DNA of 64,000 nucleotides from an uncultured delta proteobacterium (GTDB lineage: Bacteria; Desulfobacterota; Binatia; Binatales; Binataceae). Shown one piece after another: positions 18,523-27,290 of the stretch. The notes under the pieces are model-generated. The model was given only the letters and a program-made list of their open reading frames with translations, had not been told where the DNA came from and searched no databases. The stretch lies in the NCBI GenBank assembly GCA_963794325.1, contig CAWCDG010000007.1, positions 224,001-288,000 on the forward strand. Direction: 5' to 3'. The translations under genes and the position numbers were made by a program. The stretch's first letter is position 1. Each line of letters opens with the position of its first letter.

Positions 18523-19761
18523 ATGCAAATGAACGTGAAACCAATCCCTACGCTTGACGCCCGGATCAACGATATCCGTGCGCTCACCGCGCAAATCGTC
18601 AACCACGATATTCTGCCCAACGAGCGCAAGCTCTGGGCGGGATGGCGCGAGACGTCGACCAAGGAAGAGCGGGGCGCCTCGCGCGATCTGCGCGACTCGA
18701 TCAAGGCGAAGGTCAAGAAGGCCGGCCTCTGGGCGCCGCATCTTCCGCCCGCCTACGGCGGCAGTGGCCTCGGCTTCCTCGAGCATGCGTACATGAACGA
18801 GGTGCTCGCCTACAGCATGGGAGCGGCGGCGCTGTTCGGCGTGGTCGCGCCCAACTCGGGCAATCAGTCGATCCTCCTCAAGTACGGCACCGAGGAACAG
18901 AAAAAGAAGTGGCTGGTGCCGCTCACCGAGGGCAAGATGGAATCCGGCTTCTCGATGACGGAGCCCGACTCGGCCGGCTCTGATCCGCGCTCGATCAAAA
19001 CCACCGCGGTCCGCGATGGCGACCAGTGGGTGATCAATGGGCACAAATGGTTCACCTCGAACGGTTTTCGCGCCGACTTTTTCATCGTCATGTGCCGCAC
19101 CGGCGGGAGCGGCACCGACAACGGCCGCATGACGCAAATAATCGTGCCCAAGGAGACGCCGGGCCTGCGCATCGTGCGCGGCGTCGAGGTCTGGGGACGG
19201 CCGAGCGATCACTGCGAGATCGTGTACGACGACGTGCGCGTACCGCTCAGTAACCAGCTCGGACAGGCGGGCACCGGCCATCAAGCGGCGCAGGATCGCC
19301 TCGGCGCGGGCCGCGTCTATCACTGCATGAACTCGGTCGGCCAGATGTGGCGGGCCTTCGACCTGATGGTCGAGCGCGCCACGATGCGCGAGGTGCACGG
19401 CGGCAAACTCGAGACCAAGCAGTTCATCCAGGGCTTTATCGCCGACTCTTACATCGACCTCCAGGCCGCGCGCTTGATGACGATCCACTGCGCCGAAAAG
19501 ATGGATGGCGGCGGCGATCCGCGCACGGACATCTCGGCGATCAAGATTTTCGTCCCGGCGGCCTACACCCGAGTCGTGGATCGCGCGATACAAGTGTGGG
19601 GCGCGGCCGGCGTCTCAGGCGACCTGCCGCTGGCCGGCATGTACCAGGGCGCCCGCACGCTGCGCCTCGCCGACGGCCCCGACGAGGTCCACAAAATCCT
19701 GATCGCGAAAAACATCCTGGCCCGCTACCACAACGGCGAAAGCTGGGACTTCGGCAACTGA
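18523..19761 (+). CDS. acyl-CoA dehydrogenase
   Basis: FSMTEPDSAGSD, INGHKWF, AQDRLGAGR, DRAIQVWG, RLADGPDEVH; SD AAGGAGG before ATG 18523. Confidence 0.93.
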   Translation: MQMNVKPIPTLDARINDIRALTAQIVNHDILPNERKLWAGWRETSTKEERGASRDLRDSIKAKVKKAGLWAPHLPPAYGGSGLGFLEHAYMNEVLAYSMGAAALFGVVAPNSGNQSILLKYGTEEQKKKWLVPLTEGKMESGFSMTEPDSAGSDPRSIKTTAVRDGDQWVINGHKWFTSNGFRADFFIVMCRTGGSGTDNGRMTQIIVPKETPGLRIVRGVEVWGRPSDHCEIVYDDVRVPLSNQLGQAGTGHQAAQDRLGAGRVYHCMNSVGQMWRAFDLMVERATMREVHGGKLETKQFIQGFIADSYIDLQAARLMTIHCAEKMDGGGDPRTDISAIKIFVPAAYTRVVDRAIQVWGAAGVSGDLPLAGMYQGARTLRLADGPDEVHKILIAKNILARYHNGESWDFGN

Positions 19762-19776
19762 CCGCGGGCGACGACA

Positions 19777-20238
19777 TTGAAGATCAAAACAAGCGTCGGG
19801 GCAGTCGTAGCATCGGCGGCGCTCTTGTTCATCGTGATGCGCGCGGCAGGAGCCACCAGCGTCCCGGTTCCGGGATGGGATCCAAACGCGTTCAACGATC
19901 AGAGCACGCTACAGATCATGACGACCGCACCCGACGAGGGCGATCATTGGTCAAAGCTCTGGCTGGTCGTAATCGACGGGCAGTTGTACGTGCGGCTGGG
20001 CGACCGATCGTTCGGAAGGATTCAGAAAAATACCTCGAGTCCCTACGTCAAGGTGAAGGTTGCGGACAAGGAGTTCGACAAGGTCCGCTTGGAGCCGGCG
20101 CTTGATATGAAGGACAAGGTCGCGGCCGCGATGGCCGACAAATACTTCATGGACATTCTGATTCGCCACGAGTCGCATCCGATGACGGCGCGCCTCGTCG
20201 CAGAGCCAACCCCAGCGCCAAGCGCAACGAGCAAGTAG
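19777..20238 (+). CDS. exported DUF2255/deazaflavin-oxidoreductase-like split-barrel protein
   Basis: signal peptide; LWLVVIDGQLYVR and VAAAMADKY patterns. Confidence 0.55.
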   Translation: MKIKTSVGAVVASAALLFIVMRAAGATSVPVPGWDPNAFNDQSTLQIMTTAPDEGDHWSKLWLVVIDGQLYVRLGDRSFGRIQKNTSSPYVKVKVADKEFDKVRLEPALDMKDKVAAAMADKYFMDILIRHESHPMTARLVAEPTPAPSATSK

Positions 20239-20285
20239 GTTTGTTGCCACACTCATCTGCGCGACTAGTTCCTCTCCGCCACCGG

Positions 20286-20323
20286 TTCCCCTTCCCGCGC
20301 GGGAAGGGGTTAGGGGTTAGGTT
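20286..20323. repeat. REP-like hairpin element
   Basis: ttccccttccc-gcgc-gggaaggggttaggggttaggtt; reverse complement of 1166-1203 except for the 4-nt loop. Confidence 0.8.
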
Positions 20324-20368
20324 CTTCAATGCCTCACAGTTACTTATTCAGGTTTGTAAACCGAACCA

Positions 20369-21578
20369 GTGCCGGGTGGCCGACTAGTGCACGCTGAAGG
20401 CAAGGTGGAGCCCGGTTTCGAAGCAGTCCGCGACGCATTCGCCGAGGCACAAGCTCAGGACGAAGGCGGCGCGCAGTTGTGCGTCTATCAGCATGGCAAG
20501 CGAGTGATCGATCTGTGGGCGGGAACCGACAAGCTCAATCGCCGTCCCTATACCGCCGATACGATCACGATTTTGATGTCGTGTACCAAGGCGGTCACCG
20601 CCGTTTGCGTGCACATGCTCGCCGAGCGCGGACTGATCGACTATGACGCGCCGGTCGCGCGCTATTGGCCGGAGTTCGCGGCGCAAAGACAAAGGCGCAA
20701 TCACGGTTCGCGATATCCTCGCGCATCGAGCAGGCCTGATGGGCTTCAACGAAGAAGACGAAATATTCGGGCCCAATCTGTTCGACTGGAACCGATGCAC
20801 CGCGGCGCTCGCGAACATGGAGCCGTGGTGGAAGCCTGGTTCGGCCTACTTCTATCACGCGTTGACCTTTGGCTATCTGGCCGGCGAGATCGTGCGCCGC
20901 GTCTCCGGAAAAACCGTCGGCGCATTTGTCGAAGCGGAAATCGCCGGGCCGCTCAAGCTTGACCTGTGGATCGGCCTTCCCGCCGACCGGGAGCATCGCG
21001 TCGCACCGCACATCGTTCCCGCCAAGCAGCTGAGCGACGAGCAACTGCGCGCGGTCTTCTCCGGCTTGGGCTTGGACATGAACTCACGCCCGGCGCGCGC
21101 AGCCTTTGCCATGGCGACAACCACAGCCGAGGGTCTGAATCTAATAAACACGCGCGAGGCTCACGCCGCACAGTTGCCTTTCGGCAACGGCATCGCGAAT
21201 GCGCGCGCTCTCGCGAAGATGTATGCCGCGCTTATCGGTGAGATCGACGGCGTCCGCCTGCTGACCCGCGAGACTATTGAGCGTGTGCGCGAGTCGCAGA
21301 ACGAAAACATCGGAGCGCCCGCCTCGCTGAAGCCGCTGGCGGGTTCGGGGCCGCAGAGATTTGGCCTGGGTTTCGAGTTGCCGCGTGCGATCGAACCGAT
21401 GCTCGGTGCTGGCTGCTTCGGTCACGGAGGTGCGGGCGGCCGGATGGCGTTCGCGCATCCTGAATCCGGCATCGCGGTGGCCTACGTCTGCAACAGCATG
21501 TTGTGGGACGGCTTCAGCGGTCCCGACCAACGATGGCTCGGATGGACCAAGGCATTGCGCGACGTGCTCGGTATCTGA
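20369..21578 (+). CDS. serine hydrolase, beta-lactamase/EstA family (apparent +1 frameshift at about 20684-20687)
   Basis: SCTK motif and VARYWPEF in the first frame; KGAITVRDILAHRAGL, YHALTFG, FGHGGAGG in the second; start 20369 or 20387. Confidence 0.85.
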
Positions 21579-21597
21579 GAAAGCTATCTTCCATTCG

Positions 21598-22708
21598 ATG
21601 TCAAAACTCTCACGAAGACTGATTGTGGCAGCGGCCGCTGTTGCGGCGCTTGTCGCGATTGCGTGGTGGATGATTCATGTGCCGGCGGTGCAGGACGCGA
21701 TTTTCCGCCGCGTGATTGCCCGCACTCTCGCGTCGACTCGCAACGACTTGCTCGAGCCCGACGCGCTCCGAGTCCTGTTGTGCGGCACCGGGAATCCGCT
21801 GGCCGATCGCGAGCGCGCCGCTGCGTGCACCGCAATCTTCGCCGGCGGCAATATCTACCTGGTCGATATCGGCCCGGGCGCGTGGAAGAACCTGGCGCTG
21901 TGGCACATTCCCGCCCCGAAAGTCGCCGCGGTTATGCTCACTCACTTTCATTCCGATCACATCGGCGACCTCGGCGAGCTCAATATCGAGACGTGGGCCA
22001 ATGGACGCGACCATCCACTGCGTGTCTACGGACCGGTCGGCGTCGACCAGGTGGTGAACGGATTCGCGCAGGCCTACTCGCTCGATGAAGGCTATCGCAT
22101 CGCGCATCACGGCACTGCCTTGATGTCCCCCGAGCACTGGCAGATGCAGCCGCTCGCCGTGAAAATCGACACTCCGGCCGGCGCGTCGCCATGCGCAGGC
22201 GGTTCCGCGACTGTGCTCGAAGAGAACGGACTCAAGGTCACCGCATTCACCGTCGATCACGCGCCGGTCGCGCCCGCTTACGGCTATCGATTTGATTACA
22301 AGGGCCGCTCGGTCGTCGTCAGCGGCGACACCAAACCGTGCGCCAATCTGGTCGCGGTCTCCAAGGGCGCTGACGTACTGGTCCACGAAGCGCAGGCCGC
22401 GCATCTGGTCAAGCTGATCCAGGATGAGGCCGAGCGCATCGGCAATGCGCGCGTCGCGAAAATCATGTCCGACATTCGCCGCTACCACACGACGCCGGTC
22501 GAGGCTGCGACTGAGGCGAACGAGGCTGGAGTACAGTTGCTGGTGCTAAGCCACATCGGTCCGCCGACGCCCAACGCGCTCGCGCGAATCGCATTCATGC
22601 GCAGCTGTCGCGGACGTCCGGCCGCGCGGCGTAATCCTCGGCTACGACGGATTGCTGCTAACGATGCCGGCCGGCTCGAAAGAAATCGAAACCTCGACGG
22701 TCCGCTGA
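21598..22708 (+). CDS. RNase Z/AtsA-like MBL-fold hydrolase, membrane-anchored (apparent +1 frameshift at about 22603-22606)
   Basis: LCGTGNP, THFHSDH, VDHAPV, VSGDT, LVHEA; shifted frame gives VADVRPRGVILGYDG...TGA at 22706-22708 and removes the overlap with the P450. Confidence 0.8.
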
Positions 22709-22718
22709 CAGTTTCAAC

Positions 22719-23996
22719 TCACGCGGGCTTGAGCTTGTACTTTATCGGCATGTGCTTGACGCCGCCGACAAAGCTCGATCGCAGGCGCTCGACCGGTCCC
22801 GCCAATTCCGCGTGCTCGAGTCGTTTCGCCAGCTCTCTGAAGATTACCGCCAGTTCCAGCCGCGCCAGATTCGATCCGAGACAGAAATGCTCCCCGATGC
22901 CGAATGACAGATGAGGATTCGGATTGCGCCCGATGTCGAACTTGAACGGCTCGTCGAATACGTCCTCGTCGCGGCTGGCCGACGGGTAGAACAAACACAC
23001 CGACTCGCCCGCGCGAATCTTCTGTCCGCGCACGACGGTGTCGCTCGTTGCGGTGCGTGCAAACTGTATCACCGGCGAAGTCCAACGCACGATTTCCTCG
23101 ACCGCGGATCTGATCAACGTCGGATCGGACTTGAGCCGCCGGAATTGTTCGGGGTGTTCGATGAACGCGAGCAGACCGCCGCTGGTTGCGTTGCGCGTGG
23201 TCTCGTTGCCCGCCACCACCAGCAGCAACAGGTACGAAAGGAGTTCCAGCGCAGGCAGCGGCTCGCCGTTCACCTTCGCATTCGAGATGATACTGGTGAC
23301 GTCGCCGCGCGGATGCTTGCGGCTCTCCTCGACCAGGTCGGTGAAGTACTGGAACATTTCCAGGCGCGCTTGCGCGAAGGTCTCATTCGCATCCTTGCCG
23401 CGCTGAAATTCAGGATCGCCGCCGCCGATGATTTCATTGGTCCAGCGAAACATGGTCGGCCAGTCCTTGCGCGGCACGCCAAGCATCTCGGCGATGACCG
23501 CGATCGGCACCTTGCACGAAATCTCGGTGACGAAGTCGCATTCTCCGCGATCCATCACGTCGTCGAGCAACTGATTGGTGATATTCGCGATCTCCGGCTC
23601 GAGCGCGCGAATCGATCGCGGCGTGAAGTACTGGCTCAGGATCGATCGGAACTCGCCATGCTCCGGCGGATCCATATTAAGCAGATGCTTGAGCGGCAGC
23701 TCGGGCGGAGGTCCCTCCGCGCCCTCATCGAGCGGGAACACCGCGAGCCGCGGGCCGTTGAGCCACAACCGCGGCTGACAACTGATCTCTCTGAGGTCGG
23801 AGGCCTTGGTAATAGCCCAAAACGGATCGACTCGCGGCCGCTCGACGTAAAACACCGGATGGTGCTTGCGCAGGAACGTCCACTCCGCGTGCGGATACCC
23901 GTTTTTCTGGTAATGGTCGGGACTGATGATATCAATCGTGTCGAGCGGGAATTCGGGCGCGCTCTCGACGCGATCGTTTGCGGCTTGGGGTTCCAT
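22719..23996 (-). CDS. cytochrome P450 (CYP125/142-like)
   Basis: MDPPEH, AGNETTR, EEIVRW, FGIGEHFCLG heme motif. Confidence 0.95.
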   Translation of the reverse strand: MEPQAANDRVESAPEFPLDTIDIISPDHYQKNGYPHAEWTFLRKHHPVFYVERPRVDPFWAITKASDLREISCQPRLWLNGPRLAVFPLDEGAEGPPPELPLKHLLNMDPPEHGEFRSILSQYFTPRSIRALEPEIANITNQLLDDVMDRGECDFVTEISCKVPIAVIAEMLGVPRKDWPTMFRWTNEIIGGGDPEFQRGKDANETFAQARLEMFQYFTDLVEESRKHPRGDVTSIISNAKVNGEPLPALELLSYLLLLVVAGNETTRNATSGGLLAFIEHPEQFRRLKSDPTLIRSAVEEIVRWTSPVIQFARTATSDTVVRGQKIRAGESVCLFYPSASRDEDVFDEPFKFDIGRNPNPHLSFGIGEHFCLGSNLARLELAVIFRELAKRLEHAELAGPVERLRSSFVGGVKHMPIKYKLKPA

Positions 23997-24018
23997 CGAT
24001 CTCTCCTATGTTCGAGAA

Positions 24019-24537
24019 CTAGGCGAACAGCATCTTTCTCAGCGCCGGCAACAGGCGCATTTCCTCACTGTCGATCAAATCGTCCAGCTTGACCGCGAGC
24101 GCACACAGAGCCTTGCCGGCCGCAGAGACAACTTTGTCTGGATCCTCTTCGAACGATACGCCGATCAGCTTGCCAATCAAGGAGCGCATCTCGCGATGGC
24201 TCTTCTTGATTCGGTTCACGACCTCGGGCGACAGGCCGCCCGCCCCCTTCGCCGCCCATGGCAACACGGTCTCATCTTCGCTGAGCAGATGCTGATTGAG
24301 TTGCGGCTTGAGCGTTTCCCAGCAGCGCTGCGCCTGCGCGCGCATCTCGCGATCCGCCGGCTTGAATCCAAGGATAACCCCGGCCACCGCCGCGTCGAGC
24401 AGCGGTATCCCGAGACTGAATTCCTCGCGGCTCAGTTCTTCCGTGATATTCCGGATCTTGCGGTTGTCGGTGCGCTTTGCCGCGCGGATCGACGACGACT
24501 TTTTGACGGCGCTCATATTGGTCTTCATAGTACTCAC
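24019..24537 (-). CDS. hemerythrin/HHE-like protein, partly degenerate
   Basis: HLLSEDETVLP, SHREM, SEEMRLLP repeats. Confidence 0.6.
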   Translation of the reverse strand: MSTMKTNMSAVKKSSSIRAAKRTDNRKIRNITEELSREEFSLGIPLLDAAVAGVILGFKPADREMRAQAQRCWETLKPQLNQHLLSEDETVLPWAAKGAGGLSPEVVNRIKKSHREMRSLIGKLIGVSFEEDPDKVVSAAGKALCALAVKLDDLIDSEEMRLLPALRKMLFA

Positions 24538-24965
24538 CAGTAGTTCGCTTCAATCTTCGATGCGGGGAACGCTGCTTCAACGACGACTCCGCCATTCCAA
24601 TTCATTGTTCGTGCCTGAACCTCGCGAGCGATTTCGCCGCCGAGATCATGTGGAATTAGAGCGGACAATCCAGGATTTGCATCCTTTGGACACAGTTATC
24701 TGATGCCCTTGGCAACACAAGGTCGCAGTTCGAAGCGCCGTACGCGTTACCCGATCTCTGGACCGCAAACCTCCATTTCCGTTCTGCAAGGAACATTTCT
24801 GCTAAATCGTCCTGGATTCAGTCGCGATGGAACTTCCGATGACTTGCCTGTTCTGCGAGAAGTTTCTCGGCAGGCGCCATCGATGGTCGGGGACAGTTTG
24901 TTTCACCAGCAGCGGTAGCGAACGCGAGTCTCGGGCATTGGCAGGCACCAGGGAGTTGGTCCCTA

Positions 24966-24981
24966 GGGCACAAATGTTGCT
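24966..24981 (+). promoter_or_regulatory. sigma54 -24/-12 promoter of the porin-cytochrome-Rieske/cytb operon
   Basis: GGGCACAAATGTTGCT: GG-N10-GC, 45 nt before ATG 25027. Confidence 0.7.
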
Positions 24982-25026
24982 CTCAGACTAATGCGCCGGA
25001 CGCTTCGGCGCTGATCGGGGGAAGCT

Positions 25027-26586
25027 ATGCGGACAAGACGAATTATCGCGGGGCTGTTCTGTACTCTCGGTATGACATTGACGCTCGCGGGCTTGGCGCG
25101 CGCCGCTGACAGCGACGCCACCGACGCCGCTGCGCTCAAGGAAATCCGGGCCGAGATGCGCCAACTGCGCGAGGAGCGCAAACATGACCGCGCGGAGATT
25201 CGCTCGCTCGAGGGCAAGGTTCAACAACTCGAGTCGAAGGATTCGAAAGTCGAAGCCACCACTCAGCAGCTGCAGAGCACCGACCAGAAGCTCAAAGAGA
25301 CCACGCTCGAGCTTCAGCAGACCAATCAGCAAGTGAAGACCTTGCAGACCAAGGTCGACGCGCCAATCCCGCCGGCGCAGTTCACTAACGTTGTCGATCG
25401 CTACCTCGGATCGCACACCTTCACCGTAACCGGCGCGGCGGGCGGTCAATTCATCTTCGACCAGCAGAGCGGCGCGCTCGACAATCTCCATCACGCGTCG
25501 CAGAACTCGTTCTTCTTCGATTGGGAACCGATGATCCTCTACCGCCCGGCGGACTGGATCCTGTTCCAGGGAGTATTCAGCGCCGGATTTGGAGCGACCG
25601 GGACGGGAACCGATCTGTCAACGGCTGATTTCCAGATTTTTCTCAACGACTACATGACGGTCGAAGCCGGCCTTTTCGATCAGCCCTTCGGCGACTGGTA
25701 CGAGACCCAGAGCCCGATGTGGGTGAATCGGTTTGTCACTGCGCCACTGCCGTTTGGAGTAGAACCGGTTGTCCCACCGGGAGAGCTTGGAATCCAGCTT
25801 CGCGGCGGTATGCAATTCGGAGCGCTCGGCCAGGATTTCGATTGGACGGTCTGGGGCGGCAACGGACCGAATTTCAGCTCGAACGTCCTCGGCGCAGCGA
25901 TGTCGAGTCCGACCGCCGTCGCGTTCAGCCAGACCAACGGCAAGTCGATCGGCGCGCGCTTTCGAGTCTACCCGCTACCGGTTGATACGAAGTGGGGACG
26001 GCTCGAGCTCGGCGCGTCCACCTACAACGGCAAGTGGAACAACGGAGATTGGTTCAACTCGTGGGGCGTGGATTTCAATTACTTCGTCGGCAACCTGCAG
26101 ACCCGCGGCGAGTGGCTGTCATCGTATCGCCAGATGCCGATGGGGCAGGCGTCCGACAATCGACAGGGATGGTACGTGCAGGCCGGTTACTTCCTGAGCG
26201 GGGTTAAAGTCCCCGGCCTTCCCGACGTGATCAACAATTACCTCCGTCGATTCGAGCCGCTGGTGCGTTACTCGGGAGTAAACCAGCGCGGCGTTTCGAC
26301 CGACGACATCCAGGGCGCAACCGGCGTTGGGCTGGGCGGCACCCAGGTGGGACTGGTCCCCGATTTCGGCATCAACGGGTCGCCGGCCACCTACGCGCCG
26401 CACTCGCGCGAGGTGGCATTGGCCCTCGACTACTGGATCGCGCCGTCGATCGTCTGGCAGAACGAATTCGACATCGAGCTGCCACGCGCAGGAGGAGTAT
26501 TCGTCTCCCCAACCGGAGCCCAGACGGCGGTCGGCTCGGTCCCCAACGATCACGCGTTCCTCAGCCAATTCACGATCGGATTCTGA
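25027..26586 (+). CDS. outer-membrane beta-barrel (porin-like) with N-terminal coiled coil
   Basis: signal peptide, long Q/K/E heptad region, aromatic alternating strands, C-terminal QFTIGF. Confidence 0.8.
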   Translation: MRTRRIIAGLFCTLGMTLTLAGLARAADSDATDAAALKEIRAEMRQLREERKHDRAEIRSLEGKVQQLESKDSKVEATTQQLQSTDQKLKETTLELQQTNQQVKTLQTKVDAPIPPAQFTNVVDRYLGSHTFTVTGAAGGQFIFDQQSGALDNLHHASQNSFFFDWEPMILYRPADWILFQGVFSAGFGATGTGTDLSTADFQIFLNDYMTVEAGLFDQPFGDWYETQSPMWVNRFVTAPLPFGVEPVVPPGELGIQLRGGMQFGALGQDFDWTVWGGNGPNFSSNVLGAAMSSPTAVAFSQTNGKSIGARFRVYPLPVDTKWGRLELGASTYNGKWNNGDWFNSWGVDFNYFVGNLQTRGEWLSSYRQMPMGQASDNRQGWYVQAGYFLSGVKVPGLPDVINNYLRRFEPLVRYSGVNQRGVSTDDIQGATGVGLGGTQVGLVPDFGINGSPATYAPHSREVALALDYWIAPSIVWQNEFDIELPRAGGVFVSPTGAQTAVGSVPNDHAFLSQFTIGF

Positions 26587-26597
26587 GGGGGATGATC

Positions 26598-26882
26598 ATG
26601 AGAAAAATACTTGCAACAATATTGCTGGCAACAATTGCGATCGGATGGAGTGGGACTTCAGCTCGGGCGCAGCAGGATGAGATGACGCCGGCTGAGCACA
26701 AGCGCCTGTTCCGTGAAGGTGCCAAGCTGTGGCCGGTTTACTGCAACACCTGTCATAACGCGCGGCCGGGCTCCGAGAAGGCGCCTTATGAGTGGGATCA
26801 GATCATGATGCACATGCGGACGCTCGGGAACTTCCCGCCCGAGGACGCCAAAGCGATTTTGGAATACCTCAAGGCCCGCTGA
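26598..26882 (+). CDS. periplasmic monoheme cytochrome c
   Basis: signal peptide, CNTCH, distal Met candidates in IMMHMR. Confidence 0.85.
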   Translation: MRKILATILLATIAIGWSGTSARAQQDEMTPAEHKRLFREGAKLWPVYCNTCHNARPGSEKAPYEWDQIMMHMRTLGNFPPEDAKAILEYLKAR

Positions 26883-26920
26883 TCAGGCTTGGGTTGCGCA
26901 ACAATGAAACGGAGGACGAT

Positions 26921-27277
26921 GTGAATCGAATCATCTCAATTCTTGGCGCATGCGCGATTGTCGCGTGCGCGTTTGCGCCGGCGAGCGCGGGCGACATGGC
27001 GGCGGCCAAGCAGAACTACGATACGTTTTGCGTGAAATGCCACGGCCCCGGCGGCAAGGGCGACGGTCCCGCCGCGGCGACACTTTCGACCAGCCCGCGC
27101 AATTTCACTGACTGCGCCGCGATGGGCAAGATTTCCGACGAGACGATGTTCAACGTGATCAAAAACGGCGGTGCCGCCGCGGGTCTCAGCAAAGACATGC
27201 AGGCGTGGAGCTCCGGCTTCGAGGACGGCGAAATTCACGACCTCGTCGCTTACGTCAGAACCTTCTGCAAGAAGTAG
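26921..27277 (+). CDS. periplasmic monoheme cytochrome c
   Basis: GGAGG SD and GTG 26921, signal peptide, CVKCHG..GKGDG, DMQAW. Confidence 0.88.
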   Translation: MNRIISILGACAIVACAFAPASAGDMAAAKQNYDTFCVKCHGPGGKGDGPAAATLSTSPRNFTDCAAMGKISDETMFNVIKNGGAAAGLSKDMQAWSSGFEDGEIHDLVAYVRTFCKK

Positions 27278-27290
27278 CAGCGCGACCGCG

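Noticed and set aside
20301-20321. Telomere-like TTAGGG / G-quadruplex motif
   Set aside because: Part of a REP-like element; the first G-runs pair in the hairpin and the fourth run has only two G
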